Shown: positions 34,789-45,089, numbered from the stretch's first letter. The stretch: DNA of 64,000 nucleotides from an uncultured Desulfobacterales bacterium (GCA_964446485.1 CAYUOU010000003.1:1730-65729); one strand, 5' to 3'. Program-made: numbers and translations. Notes: generated by a model from the letters alone, not told the origin.

Positions 34789-36237
34789 TCAGAAGAATAT
34801 AAGGGTGATAACGGCGAATGTCGGTAACAGAAACACCAACGCGTATTTGAGAATATAGCCGAAAAAGCTCGGCATGGGGGTGCCGGCTTCCTCGGCGATG
34901 GAGCGGACCATAAAATTGGGTGCGTTGCCGATGTAGCTGAAGGCCCCGAAAAAGACTGCACCGGTGGAGATGGCTTTCAGATAGACGGCATTTTCGGTCA
35001 TGAGTAGCGGGACGGCAATGCTCTCTGGCATCCCCGCATAAAAGCCGCCCAGCACGGTGTTGAAAAAAGTCAAATAGGTCGGGGCATTGTCCAGGAAAGC
35101 CGACAGACCGCCGGTGACCCAGAAATAGTGGGCCGGCGTCTGGACGCCGGCGATAAGAAACTTCAACGCCCCGTGATAACCGGCTTTCAAAATCAGCAGG
35201 CATGGGATCATCGTGATAAATATGCCGATGAAGAGGTAGGCCACCTCCACAATGGGAAACCAGGTAAATTCGTTGTCTTCCCTGAGGCTTACCCGCGTGG
35301 TGGCGAGAGAGAGCACCCCCAACAGGACGAGGATGGCGTCCCGGGCCCAGTCCTGAACGGCCCGATGCACGCCCAAGGTGTTGACCTCGCCCCAGTCCAC
35401 CAGACCGCTCATGAGAACGGCGCCGACGACTCCGCCGATAAATATAAAGTTGTGGGTCCCCTCCAGCTTCAAGCCGCGGCCCGATCCGTCGTCGGCAGGG
35501 GCGGCCTTTTCCTTGCGGTAGTAGTACAGGTCCAGAAAGAAGTAGATGGTGAGGAGCACCGCGACCACGACGAGCATGTGGGGCATGATCTTCATGGTCC
35601 AAAAAAAACTCACCCCGTGGAGGAAGCCGAGAAACAGCGGGGGGTCTCCCAGCGGTGTCAATGAGCCGCCGACATTGGCTACCAGGAAAATAAAAAAGAC
35701 CACCATGAAGGTGCGCTGTTTCCGGTAGGCGTTGGCTCGAAGAAAGGGCCGAATCATCAGCATGGCCGCACCGGTGGTGCCCATCCAGGAGGCCAGCACC
35801 GTGCCGATGAGCAGCATGATGATGTTGACCGCCGGTGTGCCGCGCAGTTTTCCCCTCAACAGGATGCCTCCGCTAATGGTGTAGAGGGACCAAAGCAGGA
35901 TGATGAAAGGGACGTAATCCGCCAGGAGGATATGGATGATCTCGTAGACGGCTGCGCCGCGGTAGGCGTAGACAAAGGGCAGGGCCATGCAGGCCGCCCA
36001 GAAGCCGGATATTTTGCCGAAGTGGTGATGCCAGAAGCCGGGAGCCAGAAGGGGCATGAGCGCTATGGACAGGAGCATGCCGGCAAAGGGGGTACAACTC
36101 CACAGGGGAAGATGGGTGCCGAGGGCTTCCCCGCCATGTCCTCCGCCGGCGACGGCGGGGGCCGCGGTCAGCAGGATCGCCAACGCGGCGGCAGTGGTGA
36201 TGCCGTTCGACTTCCAGGCGCTGTAACGACGTTTCAT
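34789..36237 (-). CDS. ArsB/NhaD-superfamily permease (putative Na+/H+ antiporter)
   Basis: 482 aa, polytopic, with a signal-like N-terminus. Overall it resembles proteins usually annotated as sodium:proton antiporter (NhaD/CitMHS fold). The family call is from memory only. Confidence 0.6.
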   Translation of the reverse strand: MKRRYSAWKSNGITTAAALAILLTAAPAVAGGGHGGEALGTHLPLWSCTPFAGMLLSIALMPLLAPGFWHHHFGKISGFWAACMALPFVYAYRGAAVYEIIHILLADYVPFIILLWSLYTISGGILLRGKLRGTPAVNIIMLLIGTVLASWMGTTGAAMLMIRPFLRANAYRKQRTFMVVFFIFLVANVGGSLTPLGDPPLFLGFLHGVSFFWTMKIMPHMLVVVAVLLTIYFFLDLYYYRKEKAAPADDGSGRGLKLEGTHNFIFIGGVVGAVLMSGLVDWGEVNTLGVHRAVQDWARDAILVLLGVLSLATTRVSLREDNEFTWFPIVEVAYLFIGIFITMIPCLLILKAGYHGALKFLIAGVQTPAHYFWVTGGLSAFLDNAPTYLTFFNTVLGGFYAGMPESIAVPLLMTENAVYLKAISTGAVFFGAFSYIGNAPNFMVRSIAEEAGTPMPSFFGYILKYALVFLLPTFAVITLIFF

Positions 36238-36851
36238 GGGGGGCTCCTTAAAGATAGCAGACGCTTGGGGGCGAACCTGGAACCGGGCGAATGCCGTATG
36301 GCAAAGAAATTGTCAAAGACGCATGAACGTGCGCTGAGCGGCAGCGGATGCCGGGGCCTGCAGATGCTCGGCAGATACCATCGTTGGGGTAGAGACATGC
36401 TCGACACGGAGATGCCGATGCGTCACGTGATCCCGCGGCTGCCGCCGACCGGGGCGCCTCCGGTTGGCCTTGTCATCGGCTACCGGGCCATTTCCAGACG
36501 TCTGCGCAGTTCAACAGAAAATCCTATGATTGTCAACGGTTTAGGGCGCTTACGCACAAGCCCTTGTCGCTTTCCAAAATACTGATATTCCAAAAAATCA
36601 GAAGAAAACCCCATGTTCCCAGACGTGACCGACTGTGAATTCAAAGGATCAGGGCCCCAGATGCCATTTTGTTTACCCTCCGGCTTTTGCAGCGTTGGGA
36701 TTGAAATTGAGCGGGTCGGTGCCAATGAGGGAATACCCGTGCCGACGCATCTGTAAAGGCCGCCGCCGTTTGCATTTCTCCGGCCGACTCCTTATGGTTG
36801 GCCTCGCGGCTGTTGCCGGTGATAACATTCCCCCCGCGCTGGAGGCGCCCC

Positions 36852-37316
36852 ATGATTACTGCAGGAGACATCCTTAAGGAAAAGAAAACGCAGATTGTCT
36901 GTGTATCCCCCGACCAAACCGTTGCCGAAGCCGTTCAGATCATGGTGACCCGTAAAATCGGCGCCGTACTGGTCGAGGCCGACGGCAGGATCGTCGGCAT
37001 CTGGACCGAGCGTGATCTGCTCAAGGGGTTTGCCGATCCTGACTACGACCCACGGCGGGTCAGGATCGGGGACGTGATGACGGGCAACCTGCACACCGTG
37101 GATATCGCCACGCCCCTGATTCGTCTGGAGGAGATGTTTTTGGGTCTGTTCATCCGCCATCTACCCGTGGAAAAGGACGGCGAGATCATCGCCATGCTGT
37201 CCATCGGCGATGTGGTGAGATGCAGCCTTCTGGAAAAGGACAAGCAGATCCGGGAGCTCAATTCCATGGCCAGCTGGCAGTATTATGAAAACTGGGGATG
37301 GAAGGGCAAGAACTAA
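36852..37316 (+). CDS. CBS-pair domain protein
   Basis: Two CBS motifs (TVAEAVQIMVTRKIGAVLV and IRHLPVEKDGEIIAMLSIGDVV). GGAGG lies upstream of ATG 36852. Confidence 0.8.
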   Translation: MITAGDILKEKKTQIVCVSPDQTVAEAVQIMVTRKIGAVLVEADGRIVGIWTERDLLKGFADPDYDPRRVRIGDVMTGNLHTVDIATPLIRLEEMFLGLFIRHLPVEKDGEIIAMLSIGDVVRCSLLEKDKQIRELNSMASWQYYENWGWKGKN

Positions 37317-37416
37317 ATCGGTCGTCGCGGCCCAGTATTTACCGCAGTTTGTTGAAACGGCAGCCATGGATGCCGGGATGATAGATCTGTGCCCCCCCCA
37401 CTCGTTGAGGTGCCGG

Positions 37417-40074
37417 ATGAGTTCATATTACAAGGATCCCGATCCGCAGGAGACGCAGGATTGGCTGAATTCCCTCGACGGCGTCATCGCTCACGAGGGC
37501 AAGGACAAGGCCGATTATCTGCTGCGCGTGCTCACCGACCGCGCAAGAAAGAACGGCGTTTCCACCTCGCCGGGCATACTGACCCCCTACACCAACACGA
37601 TCCCGCCCGAGGATGAGGACCGGATACCCGAAGATTCACTAACTGCCCGAAACGTTGCCGCATTTGTCCGCTGGAATGCCATGGCCATGGTCGCCCGTGC
37701 CAACAAGGACGGCAAGGGGTTGGGAGGCCACATTGCCACCTACACCTCGGTTTCCGCCATATACGAGGTGGGGTACAACTGGTTCTTCAGGGGACCGGCA
37801 GCGCCCAGCGGTGCCGACATGGTCTATTTCCAGGGACACAGCTCACCCGGGATTTACTCCAGGGCCTTTGTCGAAGGCCGTCTCAGCGAAACGCAGCTGG
37901 ATCATTTCCGGCGCGAGGTGGGCGGCAGCGGCCTGCCGTCCTACCCGCACCCCTGGTTGATGCCCCAATTTTGGGAGTTTCCCACCGTATCCATGGGGCT
38001 TGGACCCATGGCCGCCATTTACCAGGCGCGTTTCATGAAATACATGGACCGCCGGGGGCTGAAGCCCATGGGCGATCGCCGGGTGTGGTTTTTCATGGGA
38101 GACGGTGAATCCGATGAACCGGAATCTCTTGGCGCATTGTCCGTGGCTTCGAGGGAATATCTCGATAATCTCATTTTTGTCGTGAACTGCAATCTCCAGC
38201 GTCTAGATGGGCCGGTGCGCGGCAACGGCAAAATCATTCAGGAGTTGGAGGGGCGCTTTCGGGGGGCCGGATGGCACGTCATCAAGGTGCTCTGGGGAAG
38301 CGAGTGGGACAAGATTCTGTCCCGGGACAAAGCGGGCCTGCTCATCAAGAAATTCGGTGAAATGGTCGACGGTGATTTCCAGACCATCCGGGCCCGCGGC
38401 CCCGAATACCTCCGGGAGAAGGTTTTCGGCGATGACCCGAGGCTGTCGGCACTCGTTGAAGACATGTCCGATCAGGAGTTGTGGCAGATGACCCGCGGCG
38501 GCCACGATCCCCGTAAAGTTTACGCCGCATTCTCCGCCGCTTGCGCCGTCCAGGGAAAGCCTGTCGTCATTCTGGTCAAGACCATCAAGGGCTTTGGCAT
38601 GGGGCAGGCAGGCGAGTCGGTCATGGTGGCCCACAACGTCAAAAAAATGGACGTGGCGTCCCTGAAGCAGTTCCGCGACCGGTTTCATGTCCCGTTGGAA
38701 GACGATGAACTCGAGATACTTCCGTTCATCCGGCCTGCCGAGGACAGCCCCGAGGCGAAATTCATCAAAGAGAGGCGCGAGGCCCTTGGTGGCGGCCTCC
38801 CCTGTCGACGAACGGAAACGCCCGGTCTGGCGCCGCCGCCGCTGAGCGACTTCAAGCATCTGCTCGTTTCGACAAAACAGCGGCAGATTTCAACAACCAT
38901 GGCCTTTGTCCGCCTGTTGTCCGTCCTGGTCAAGAATCAATCCATCGGCAGGCACATCGTTCCCATCATCCCCGATGAGGCGAGAACCTTCGGCATGGAG
39001 GGGCTTTTCCGCCAGCTCGGCATTTACGCCCCCACCGGTCAGCTATACGAGCCCCAGGATTCGGAGACCGTGGCCTGGTACCGGGAAGACCCCGAAGGGC
39101 AGATCCTCGAGGAGGGGATCACCGAGGCGGGGGCGGTCTCCTCCTGGATGGCCGCTGGTACTGCGCACGTGAACTACGGCGTGCCCATGATTCCTTTCTA
39201 CATTTTCTACTCCATCTTCGGCTTTCAGCGCATCGGAGATCAGCTGTGGGCCGCCGGAGACGCCAAAACCCGCGGGTTCCTCATGGGTGCCACATCGGGC
39301 CGCACGACCCTGAACGGGGAGGGGCTTCAGCATCAGGATGGGCACGGGCTGCTGTTTGCCTCCGCTTATCCGTCCTGCCGGGCCTATGATCCGACCTTCG
39401 CCTACGAGGTGGCGGTATTGATCCAACGGGGCATCGAACGGATGTACGCCAAGGGTGAAGACATCTTCTACTACATTACCCTGTTGAACGAGAATTATGT
39501 CCACCCGGAGATGCCCGAGGGCGTTGAAGGCGACATCGAAAAGGGGATGTACCTTTTTCGGGAGGCGGCAACCGGCAAGGCTTCCGTGCAGCTCATGGGC
39601 AGCGGCGCCATTTTGCGCGAAGTGATCGCTGCCGCCGAACTTCTGGAGAACGATTTTGGGATTGGGGCGAATGTCTGGAGCATTCTTGGCGTCAACCAGC
39701 TCCACCGGGAGGGGTTGCGGGTTGAAGAGTGGAATCGGCTCCACCCCGGCGCGCCTCCCCGAACGAATCATGTGGCGCAACTGCTGAAGGGTCAGACCGG
39801 TCCCGTCGTCATGAGCACGGATTATGTTGCCGCCTACGGCGAGCAAATCCGACGGCTGATCCCCCTTCCCGTCACCATTCTGGGAACCGACGGCTATGGA
39901 CGCAGTGACACCCGGGAGGTGTTGCGACGGTTTTTCAAGGTAGATCGCCACCACATTGTCGTTGCGGCCCTCGATGCCCTGGCTTCACAAGGTGATGCGG
40001 ACAAGAAAACCGTCCAGGAGGCCATCGATCGCTATGACATCGACCCGGAAGCACCCCACGCCCCGACCTGTTGA
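37417..40074 (+). CDS. aceE: Pyruvate dehydrogenase E1 component, homodimeric type
   Basis: 886 aa with an N-terminus DPDPQETQDWLNSLDGVI typical of AceE. The internal ATG is chosen over the longer ORF. Confidence 0.9.
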   Translation: MSSYYKDPDPQETQDWLNSLDGVIAHEGKDKADYLLRVLTDRARKNGVSTSPGILTPYTNTIPPEDEDRIPEDSLTARNVAAFVRWNAMAMVARANKDGKGLGGHIATYTSVSAIYEVGYNWFFRGPAAPSGADMVYFQGHSSPGIYSRAFVEGRLSETQLDHFRREVGGSGLPSYPHPWLMPQFWEFPTVSMGLGPMAAIYQARFMKYMDRRGLKPMGDRRVWFFMGDGESDEPESLGALSVASREYLDNLIFVVNCNLQRLDGPVRGNGKIIQELEGRFRGAGWHVIKVLWGSEWDKILSRDKAGLLIKKFGEMVDGDFQTIRARGPEYLREKVFGDDPRLSALVEDMSDQELWQMTRGGHDPRKVYAAFSAACAVQGKPVVILVKTIKGFGMGQAGESVMVAHNVKKMDVASLKQFRDRFHVPLEDDELEILPFIRPAEDSPEAKFIKERREALGGGLPCRRTETPGLAPPPLSDFKHLLVSTKQRQISTTMAFVRLLSVLVKNQSIGRHIVPIIPDEARTFGMEGLFRQLGIYAPTGQLYEPQDSETVAWYREDPEGQILEEGITEAGAVSSWMAAGTAHVNYGVPMIPFYIFYSIFGFQRIGDQLWAAGDAKTRGFLMGATSGRTTLNGEGLQHQDGHGLLFASAYPSCRAYDPTFAYEVAVLIQRGIERMYAKGEDIFYYITLLNENYVHPEMPEGVEGDIEKGMYLFREAATGKASVQLMGSGAILREVIAAAELLENDFGIGANVWSILGVNQLHREGLRVEEWNRLHPGAPPRTNHVAQLLKGQTGPVVMSTDYVAAYGEQIRRLIPLPVTILGTDGYGRSDTREVLRRFFKVDRHHIVVAALDALASQGDADKKTVQEAIDRYDIDPEAPHAPTC

Positions 40075-40087
40075 AGGAGAAGCGACC

Positions 40088-41305
40088 ATGGCCATTGAAA
40101 AGATCTTGATCCCCGATTTCGGTGACGTTCAGGATATCACCGTCACGGATATTTACGTGGCGGCCGGAGACGCGGTGAAGGAAGAAGACCCCCTCGTGGG
40201 GCTTGAAAGCGAAAAGGCCGTAATGGACATCCCCAGCCCCTACGCCGGGGCCATCACAGCGGTGCATCTTTCGGAAGGTAACAGGGTGAAGACCGGCGAT
40301 CTCATCGCCACCATCGATGTGGGCAGTGAAAACGCGGCGAGTGACGACGCACCGGCCCCACCAAAAGACGTTGCGGCTTCGCCATCGGCGCCGGTGATTG
40401 AGAAAGCGCCGGCAGCATCGTCCGTCTCCCATGCCACCCCCTCGGTGCGTGCTTTCGCCAGGGAACGCGGCGTCGATCTGGCTCGGGTCGGCGGCAGCGG
40501 CCCGAAGGGGAGGATTCTCAAGGAAGATGTGGAGAAGATTGCTTCCCCGGCGGCCCCTGACGGTGCATCGCCGGTCGCCGAAAAGCCTTTGGAGGATTTC
40601 AGCGCGTACGGGGTCATCGAGGAGGTCGACCTCGGGCGCATCCAGAAGATCTCCGGACCGCACCTGCAAAACAGCTGGATGACCATCCCCCATGTGACCC
40701 ATTTCGACGAGGCAGACATCACCGACCTGGAGAAGTTCCGCAAACAGATGAACGCTGAAGCGGAGAAGGACGATCCCAAACTCAGCCCCCTCGTCCTCGT
40801 CATCAAGGCCGTCGTTGCCACGCTAAAGGCATTTGCGCTGTTCAACTGTTCACTGGACCCCGGCGGGCAGCGCATCGTTATAAAGAAATACTACCACATC
40901 GGCATCGCCGTCGACACGCCCAACGGGCTCGTCGTACCCGTTGTCAAGGATGCCGACCGTAAGGGGATACGCGAGATGGCCCTGGAGCTGAAAATGCTGA
41001 GCGGCAACGCCAGGAAGGGCAAACTTGCCATTCCCGACATACGGGGCGCCTCGTTCACCATTTCGAGTCTTGGGGGGATCGGCGGCACGGGCTTTACGCC
41101 GATTATCTCCAGCCCCCAGGTAGCCATCCTCGGCTTGTCGCGGAGCTATCAGAAACCGGTCTGGGACGGACAGGCCTTTCAGCCGCGGTTGATGCTTCCG
41201 TTTTCGGTTTCCTACGACCACCGGGTCATCGACGGCGCCGAGGCGGCCCGGTTCTGCCGGGCGCTGAGCAGCAATATCGAAGACTTGCGGCGCGCCCTGC
41301 TGTAA
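40088..41305 (+). CDS. aceF: Dihydrolipoamide acetyltransferase E2 (single lipoyl domain)
   Basis: Lipoyl site LESEKAVMDIPS, subunit-binding ATPSVRAFARERGVDL and catalytic SYDHRVIDGAEAARF. Confidence 0.9.
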   Translation: MAIEKILIPDFGDVQDITVTDIYVAAGDAVKEEDPLVGLESEKAVMDIPSPYAGAITAVHLSEGNRVKTGDLIATIDVGSENAASDDAPAPPKDVAASPSAPVIEKAPAASSVSHATPSVRAFARERGVDLARVGGSGPKGRILKEDVEKIASPAAPDGASPVAEKPLEDFSAYGVIEEVDLGRIQKISGPHLQNSWMTIPHVTHFDEADITDLEKFRKQMNAEAEKDDPKLSPLVLVIKAVVATLKAFALFNCSLDPGGQRIVIKKYYHIGIAVDTPNGLVVPVVKDADRKGIREMALELKMLSGNARKGKLAIPDIRGASFTISSLGGIGGTGFTPIISSPQVAILGLSRSYQKPVWDGQAFQPRLMLPFSVSYDHRVIDGAEAARFCRALSSNIEDLRRALL

Positions 41306-41376
41306 CATCCGGGACGCTTCGTGCAAGCCGAGCGCCTTCCACTCAAACGGAACATCGAATTTAGGAATGATGCATC

Positions 41377-42789
41377 ATGACTGAACATCTCTCGGTAGAT
41401 TTTGCTGTTCTCGGCGGCGGGCCCGGCGGTTACACGGCCGCGTTTCGCGCGGCGGATCTCGGGCTAAGCGTTTGCCTCATCGAAAAGCAGCAGCGACTGG
41501 GCGGGGTCTGTCTCAATGTGGGCTGCATCCCGTCGAAAACCTTGCTGCACTGCGCCGCTGTCATGGAAGAGGTTCAGGTGCTCAAAGATTTCGGCATCTC
41601 TTATGCCAGGCCTGACATTGATCTTGACGCCCTTCGTAGCAAAAAAGACAGTGTTATCAATCAATTGACCACAGGGCTGGACGGTTTATACAAGGCACGG
41701 AAGATCACCCGTCTCAACGGCCTCGGCCGGTTTGTCGATGCCAACGCGATGATGGTCGATGGCGAAAACGGGAAAACGCGGGTATCCTTCAAGCATGCCG
41801 TCATCGCCACCGGGTCGCGACCGTTTCCGCTTCCCGGGGCCCCCGAGGACCCACGTATTTGGGACTCCACCGATGCGCTTGCCCTCAAGGGCGCACCGGA
41901 GCGTTTGATGATCATCGGTGGCGGCATCATCGGGCTGGAGATGGCCCAAGTTTACGAGGCGCTTGGCGCTGAAATAACTATCGTCGAGATGCTGGATCAA
42001 TTGATCCCACCGGCCGACAGGGATCTTGTCCAGCCGCTGTTTCTGAAGCTGAAAAAACGTTATCAGATCCACACGGGTACTAAGGTCACCGGAATCGAAG
42101 TGGAAACGGAGGGCATCAGGGTCAGCTTCAAGGGAGCCAACGTCGATGAAAGAAATTCCTACGATGCCGTATTGGTGGCTATCGGCCGGAGCCCCAACAG
42201 CGAGCATATCGGTCTCTCGGCGGTCGGCATCGGCATGTCATCGCGCGGCGCCGTCGAGGTCAATGCTCAGATGCAAACCGTGATCCCGCACATCTTCGCC
42301 ATTGGTGACGTTGTCGGCGATCCCATGCTCGCTCACAAGGCCACCCATCAGGCCAAAGTGGCCGCTGAAGTCAGCGCCGGCCGCCCGTCGGTTTTTTCAC
42401 CCCTGGCGATTCCTTCGGTCGCTTACACCAGCCCCGAGATCGCGTGGATCGGCATCACCGAAAAAGAGGCCAAACAGGCTGGTATTGCTCACGAAAAGGG
42501 TAAATTCTCTTGGGGGGCCAGTGGCAGGGCGCTGAGCGCCGGTAGCCCGGTGGGTGTCAGCAAGGCCCTTTTCGATAAGAAGACCGGCCGACTCATCGGG
42601 GCCGGTATTTGTGGAGCCCACGCCGGTGAACTGATTCACGAGGCCGTGCTCGCTCTGGAAATGGGCGCCGATGCGGAAGATATCAGCAAAACCATCCACG
42701 CCCATCCAACCCTATCGGAAACCTTTGCCTTTGCCTCGGAAATGGTTCACGGCTCGATCACCGACGCCCTGTCGCCGAAAAAGAAATAA
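41377..42789 (+). CDS. lpd: Dihydrolipoyl dehydrogenase E3
   Basis: FAD site VLGGGPGGY, redox disulfide CLNVGCIPSK and the C-terminal HAHPTLSE. Confidence 0.9.
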   Translation: MTEHLSVDFAVLGGGPGGYTAAFRAADLGLSVCLIEKQQRLGGVCLNVGCIPSKTLLHCAAVMEEVQVLKDFGISYARPDIDLDALRSKKDSVINQLTTGLDGLYKARKITRLNGLGRFVDANAMMVDGENGKTRVSFKHAVIATGSRPFPLPGAPEDPRIWDSTDALALKGAPERLMIIGGGIIGLEMAQVYEALGAEITIVEMLDQLIPPADRDLVQPLFLKLKKRYQIHTGTKVTGIEVETEGIRVSFKGANVDERNSYDAVLVAIGRSPNSEHIGLSAVGIGMSSRGAVEVNAQMQTVIPHIFAIGDVVGDPMLAHKATHQAKVAAEVSAGRPSVFSPLAIPSVAYTSPEIAWIGITEKEAKQAGIAHEKGKFSWGASGRALSAGSPVGVSKALFDKKTGRLIGAGICGAHAGELIHEAVLALEMGADAEDISKTIHAHPTLSETFAFASEMVHGSITDALSPKKK

Positions 42790-42822
42790 CGAATATGGGG
42801 TTCAGCAGACGAATTAGCGCTG

Positions 42823-43035
42823 CTAGGCCCCTCGTCTCAGGATCAGGCGGCATGCCTTGCTCTCCGGTGCCGCGATGAAGACGAAGGAGAGGATAAACAG
42901 CGGGATGGCGAAAAAGAGGCCCACCACAGGTAGGATGAGGAATCCCAGCGCCCCCAGTGCCACCGCCAGTGGCAATATGATCATTCCAATGGTGCGGCTC
43001 GACCATTTTTCATTTGCACAGTCTTGTTTGTTCAT
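42823..43035 (-). CDS. Small hypothetical two-TM membrane protein
   Basis: MNKQDCANEKWSSRTIGMIILPLAVALGALGFLILPVVGLFFAIPLFILSFVF. GGAGGG lies upstream of ATG 43035. Confidence 0.5.
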   Translation of the reverse strand: MNKQDCANEKWSSRTIGMIILPLAVALGALGFLILPVVGLFFAIPLFILSFVFIAAPESKACRLILRRGA

Positions 43036-43244
43036 GGCTACCCTCCAGTATCTCTGATGCGCTTGTTGGTGTAGAGTATCTTGCATTCCAATTCTTGACA
43101 TGATTACTCGGAAATCAAGACGGAAACTGTATGGGTTGGGTAAGTGTTCAATGAGGGGTCTTGACTATTATTGACGACGGCGCCGGTCTGAATGGTGCCG
43201 CATCGGCCAGCGTTTTTTCCGATGCCGTGGGAACCTGGCCCTGC

Positions 43245-45089
43245 CTAAGGCACGATCGCCTTTTGAACGGCGTCGATGAGGTCGTCGGCGGTGTAGAAAT
43301 CGGCCACCAGCGTATCGCGGCCGTCAGGGGAGCGGACCACCACCAGGGGGATGGTGAGTCTACCGGTGGATTGGAGAAAGGATCGCCCGGCGCTATCCGG
43401 TGCGGTGAGATCGATCTTTATGGGGATGGCCTTTTCATCGTCAAAGAGATTGATCACCTCGGGGTGACGGTAGACTTGCTGCTCGATGGCTTTGCAATTG
43501 AGGCACCATTCGGCGGTGAAAACGAGTACCGCGGGCTTTTGGAGGCGCATGACATCAGCATAGCGCTCGGGCGTGTAATGCACCCACTTGATCTCTCCCG
43601 CGTCCGACAAGGCCAGACCCATGAGGGCCGTCGCCCCGGCGGTGAAAAAGCCCAGGGCCAGCCCCGCGCGTTTTCTCGCGGGCGTGGTCGCCATGGCGCG
43701 ATACCTGTACGCGAACCACAATGCGGCGATGCCGCAGAATCCCATCACCACCCACCAGTAGGCACGGCTTGGCGGCGTTGTCGGCGCCGCCAAGAGTCCG
43801 CTGATGCCGGTGCCGGCGAAGTAGGCCGCGGCTGCGAGCATCAGCCATCCCATGACTTCCTTGAGCAGCTGATTGGCGGGCCCCGTTTTGGGCAACCGAC
43901 GTGCCAGCGCCGGCCGAGCGGCCAGGACCACATAAGGCAGCGCCATGCCAACCCCGATTGCCAAAAACACCGCCAACGCCTTTGCCGGCGCCTGGGTGAC
44001 GGCCCAAGCCACCGCCGCCCCCATGAATGGGGCCGTGCAGGGGGTGGAAAGCACCGCCGCGAGAATCCCCAGCAGGAAAGATCCCGTTATCCGCTCCTGG
44101 GAAGGATTGATCATGTACACCCAGCCGGGCAGGGTGACGGCCGCCGGCCGCAGCATGCCAATGGCCATGACGGCAATGACGAGCCCCACCGATACGGTGA
44201 ACCACGGATACTGGAAAAGTTGGTTGGCAGCGGTGAGCCCGCTGATGGCGAATACCAGGATGCCCAGTGCGCCCCAGAAGGCGATGATACCGGCAGCCAT
44301 GGCGGCTCCCAAAAGAAAGCACCGGCGGGGATTCTGTTCGGCGGCCGATGACAGGCTGATGATCTTGATGGGAATGAGGGGCAGCACACAAGGGGTGAGG
44401 TTCAGAAAAATGCCGCCCAGTGCGGCCATGGCCATGAGCATGAGTCGGCCAAACCAGCCGGCGGTGTCCAGTGACACCCGAAGACCGAAAAAGTGTAACT
44501 CCACGGCGGTTTCCGGTCGCGGTATGGCCGGCGTCTGGCCGGACGGATCGAGGCCAGTCCCGATGGCGAGCAAACGGTTTTCGGGGAAATAGCATACAGA
44601 CGCGTCGCAGGCCTGGAAACGCAATTGGAGACGAACGGCCGGGGCTGCCCCTGCCGTCAGCCCATCACCGCTGAGCGGCACATGGATCTTGATGTTGCCA
44701 TCGAAAACCATCAGCGGCTCAGCGGCGAAGGTGACGGCGACACCGTGGGCCGGCGGGTAGATCACCGGGCCGGCCGTCACCCCGGCGGGCAGTGAAGACA
44801 GGGTTACCCGAGTGGCCACGGGTTGAAAGTCATCCATAACCGTCAATTGGGCCGCATCGGCATTGATGTGGAGCCCCGGGGGGATGGACACTGCCAGCGT
44901 GATCCTGCCGCCCTCCGTCGTCGGTTCCCACCGCGTCTCGACGACAATGGGGCGTGGCTGGCCCTGTGCCGAAGGGGCGGCCCAAACAACGGACATCAGC
45001 GCCGCCGCCAGCACCATGATGCTGGGCAATGATTGGAGCCACCCTGTCATGCGGCATCCACTGCCCTGATTTGTCAGATCTCGCCTCAT
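43245..45089 (-). CDS. dsbD: Thiol:disulfide interchange protein DsbD/DipZ
   Basis: N-terminal DsbD-alpha-like domain (CDASVCYFP), TM core cysteines (NLTPCVLPLIP, STPCTAPFMG) and a C-terminal thioredoxin WCLNC. An alternative start exists at 45050. Confidence 0.85.
   Translation of the reverse strand: MRRDLTNQGSGCRMTGWLQSLPSIMVLAAALMSVVWAAPSAQGQPRPIVVETRWEPTTEGGRITLAVSIPPGLHINADAAQLTVMDDFQPVATRVTLSSLPAGVTAGPVIYPPAHGVAVTFAAEPLMVFDGNIKIHVPLSGDGLTAGAAPAVRLQLRFQACDASVCYFPENRLLAIGTGLDPSGQTPAIPRPETAVELHFFGLRVSLDTAGWFGRLMLMAMAALGGIFLNLTPCVLPLIPIKIISLSSAAEQNPRRCFLLGAAMAAGIIAFWGALGILVFAISGLTAANQLFQYPWFTVSVGLVIAVMAIGMLRPAAVTLPGWVYMINPSQERITGSFLLGILAAVLSTPCTAPFMGAAVAWAVTQAPAKALAVFLAIGVGMALPYVVLAARPALARRLPKTGPANQLLKEVMGWLMLAAAAYFAGTGISGLLAAPTTPPSRAYWWVVMGFCGIAALWFAYRYRAMATTPARKRAGLALGFFTAGATALMGLALSDAGEIKWVHYTPERYADVMRLQKPAVLVFTAEWCLNCKAIEQQVYRHPEVINLFDDEKAIPIKIDLTAPDSAGRSFLQSTGRLTIPLVVVRSPDGRDTLVADFYTADDLIDAVQKAIVP

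Noticed and set aside
36299-36314. Sigma54-like TGGCAA-N5-TTGT on the plus strand
   Set aside because: The invariant -12 GC is GT here. The site lies about 540 nt from the nearest plus-strand start codon, and no enhancer-binding protein gene is nearby.
43161-44595. ORFs 43161-44351 (+, 396 aa), 43555-44595 (-, 346 aa) and 43945-44592 (+)
   Set aside because: All overlap dsbD, whose frame carries the diagnostic Cys motifs. These alternative frames are low-complexity.
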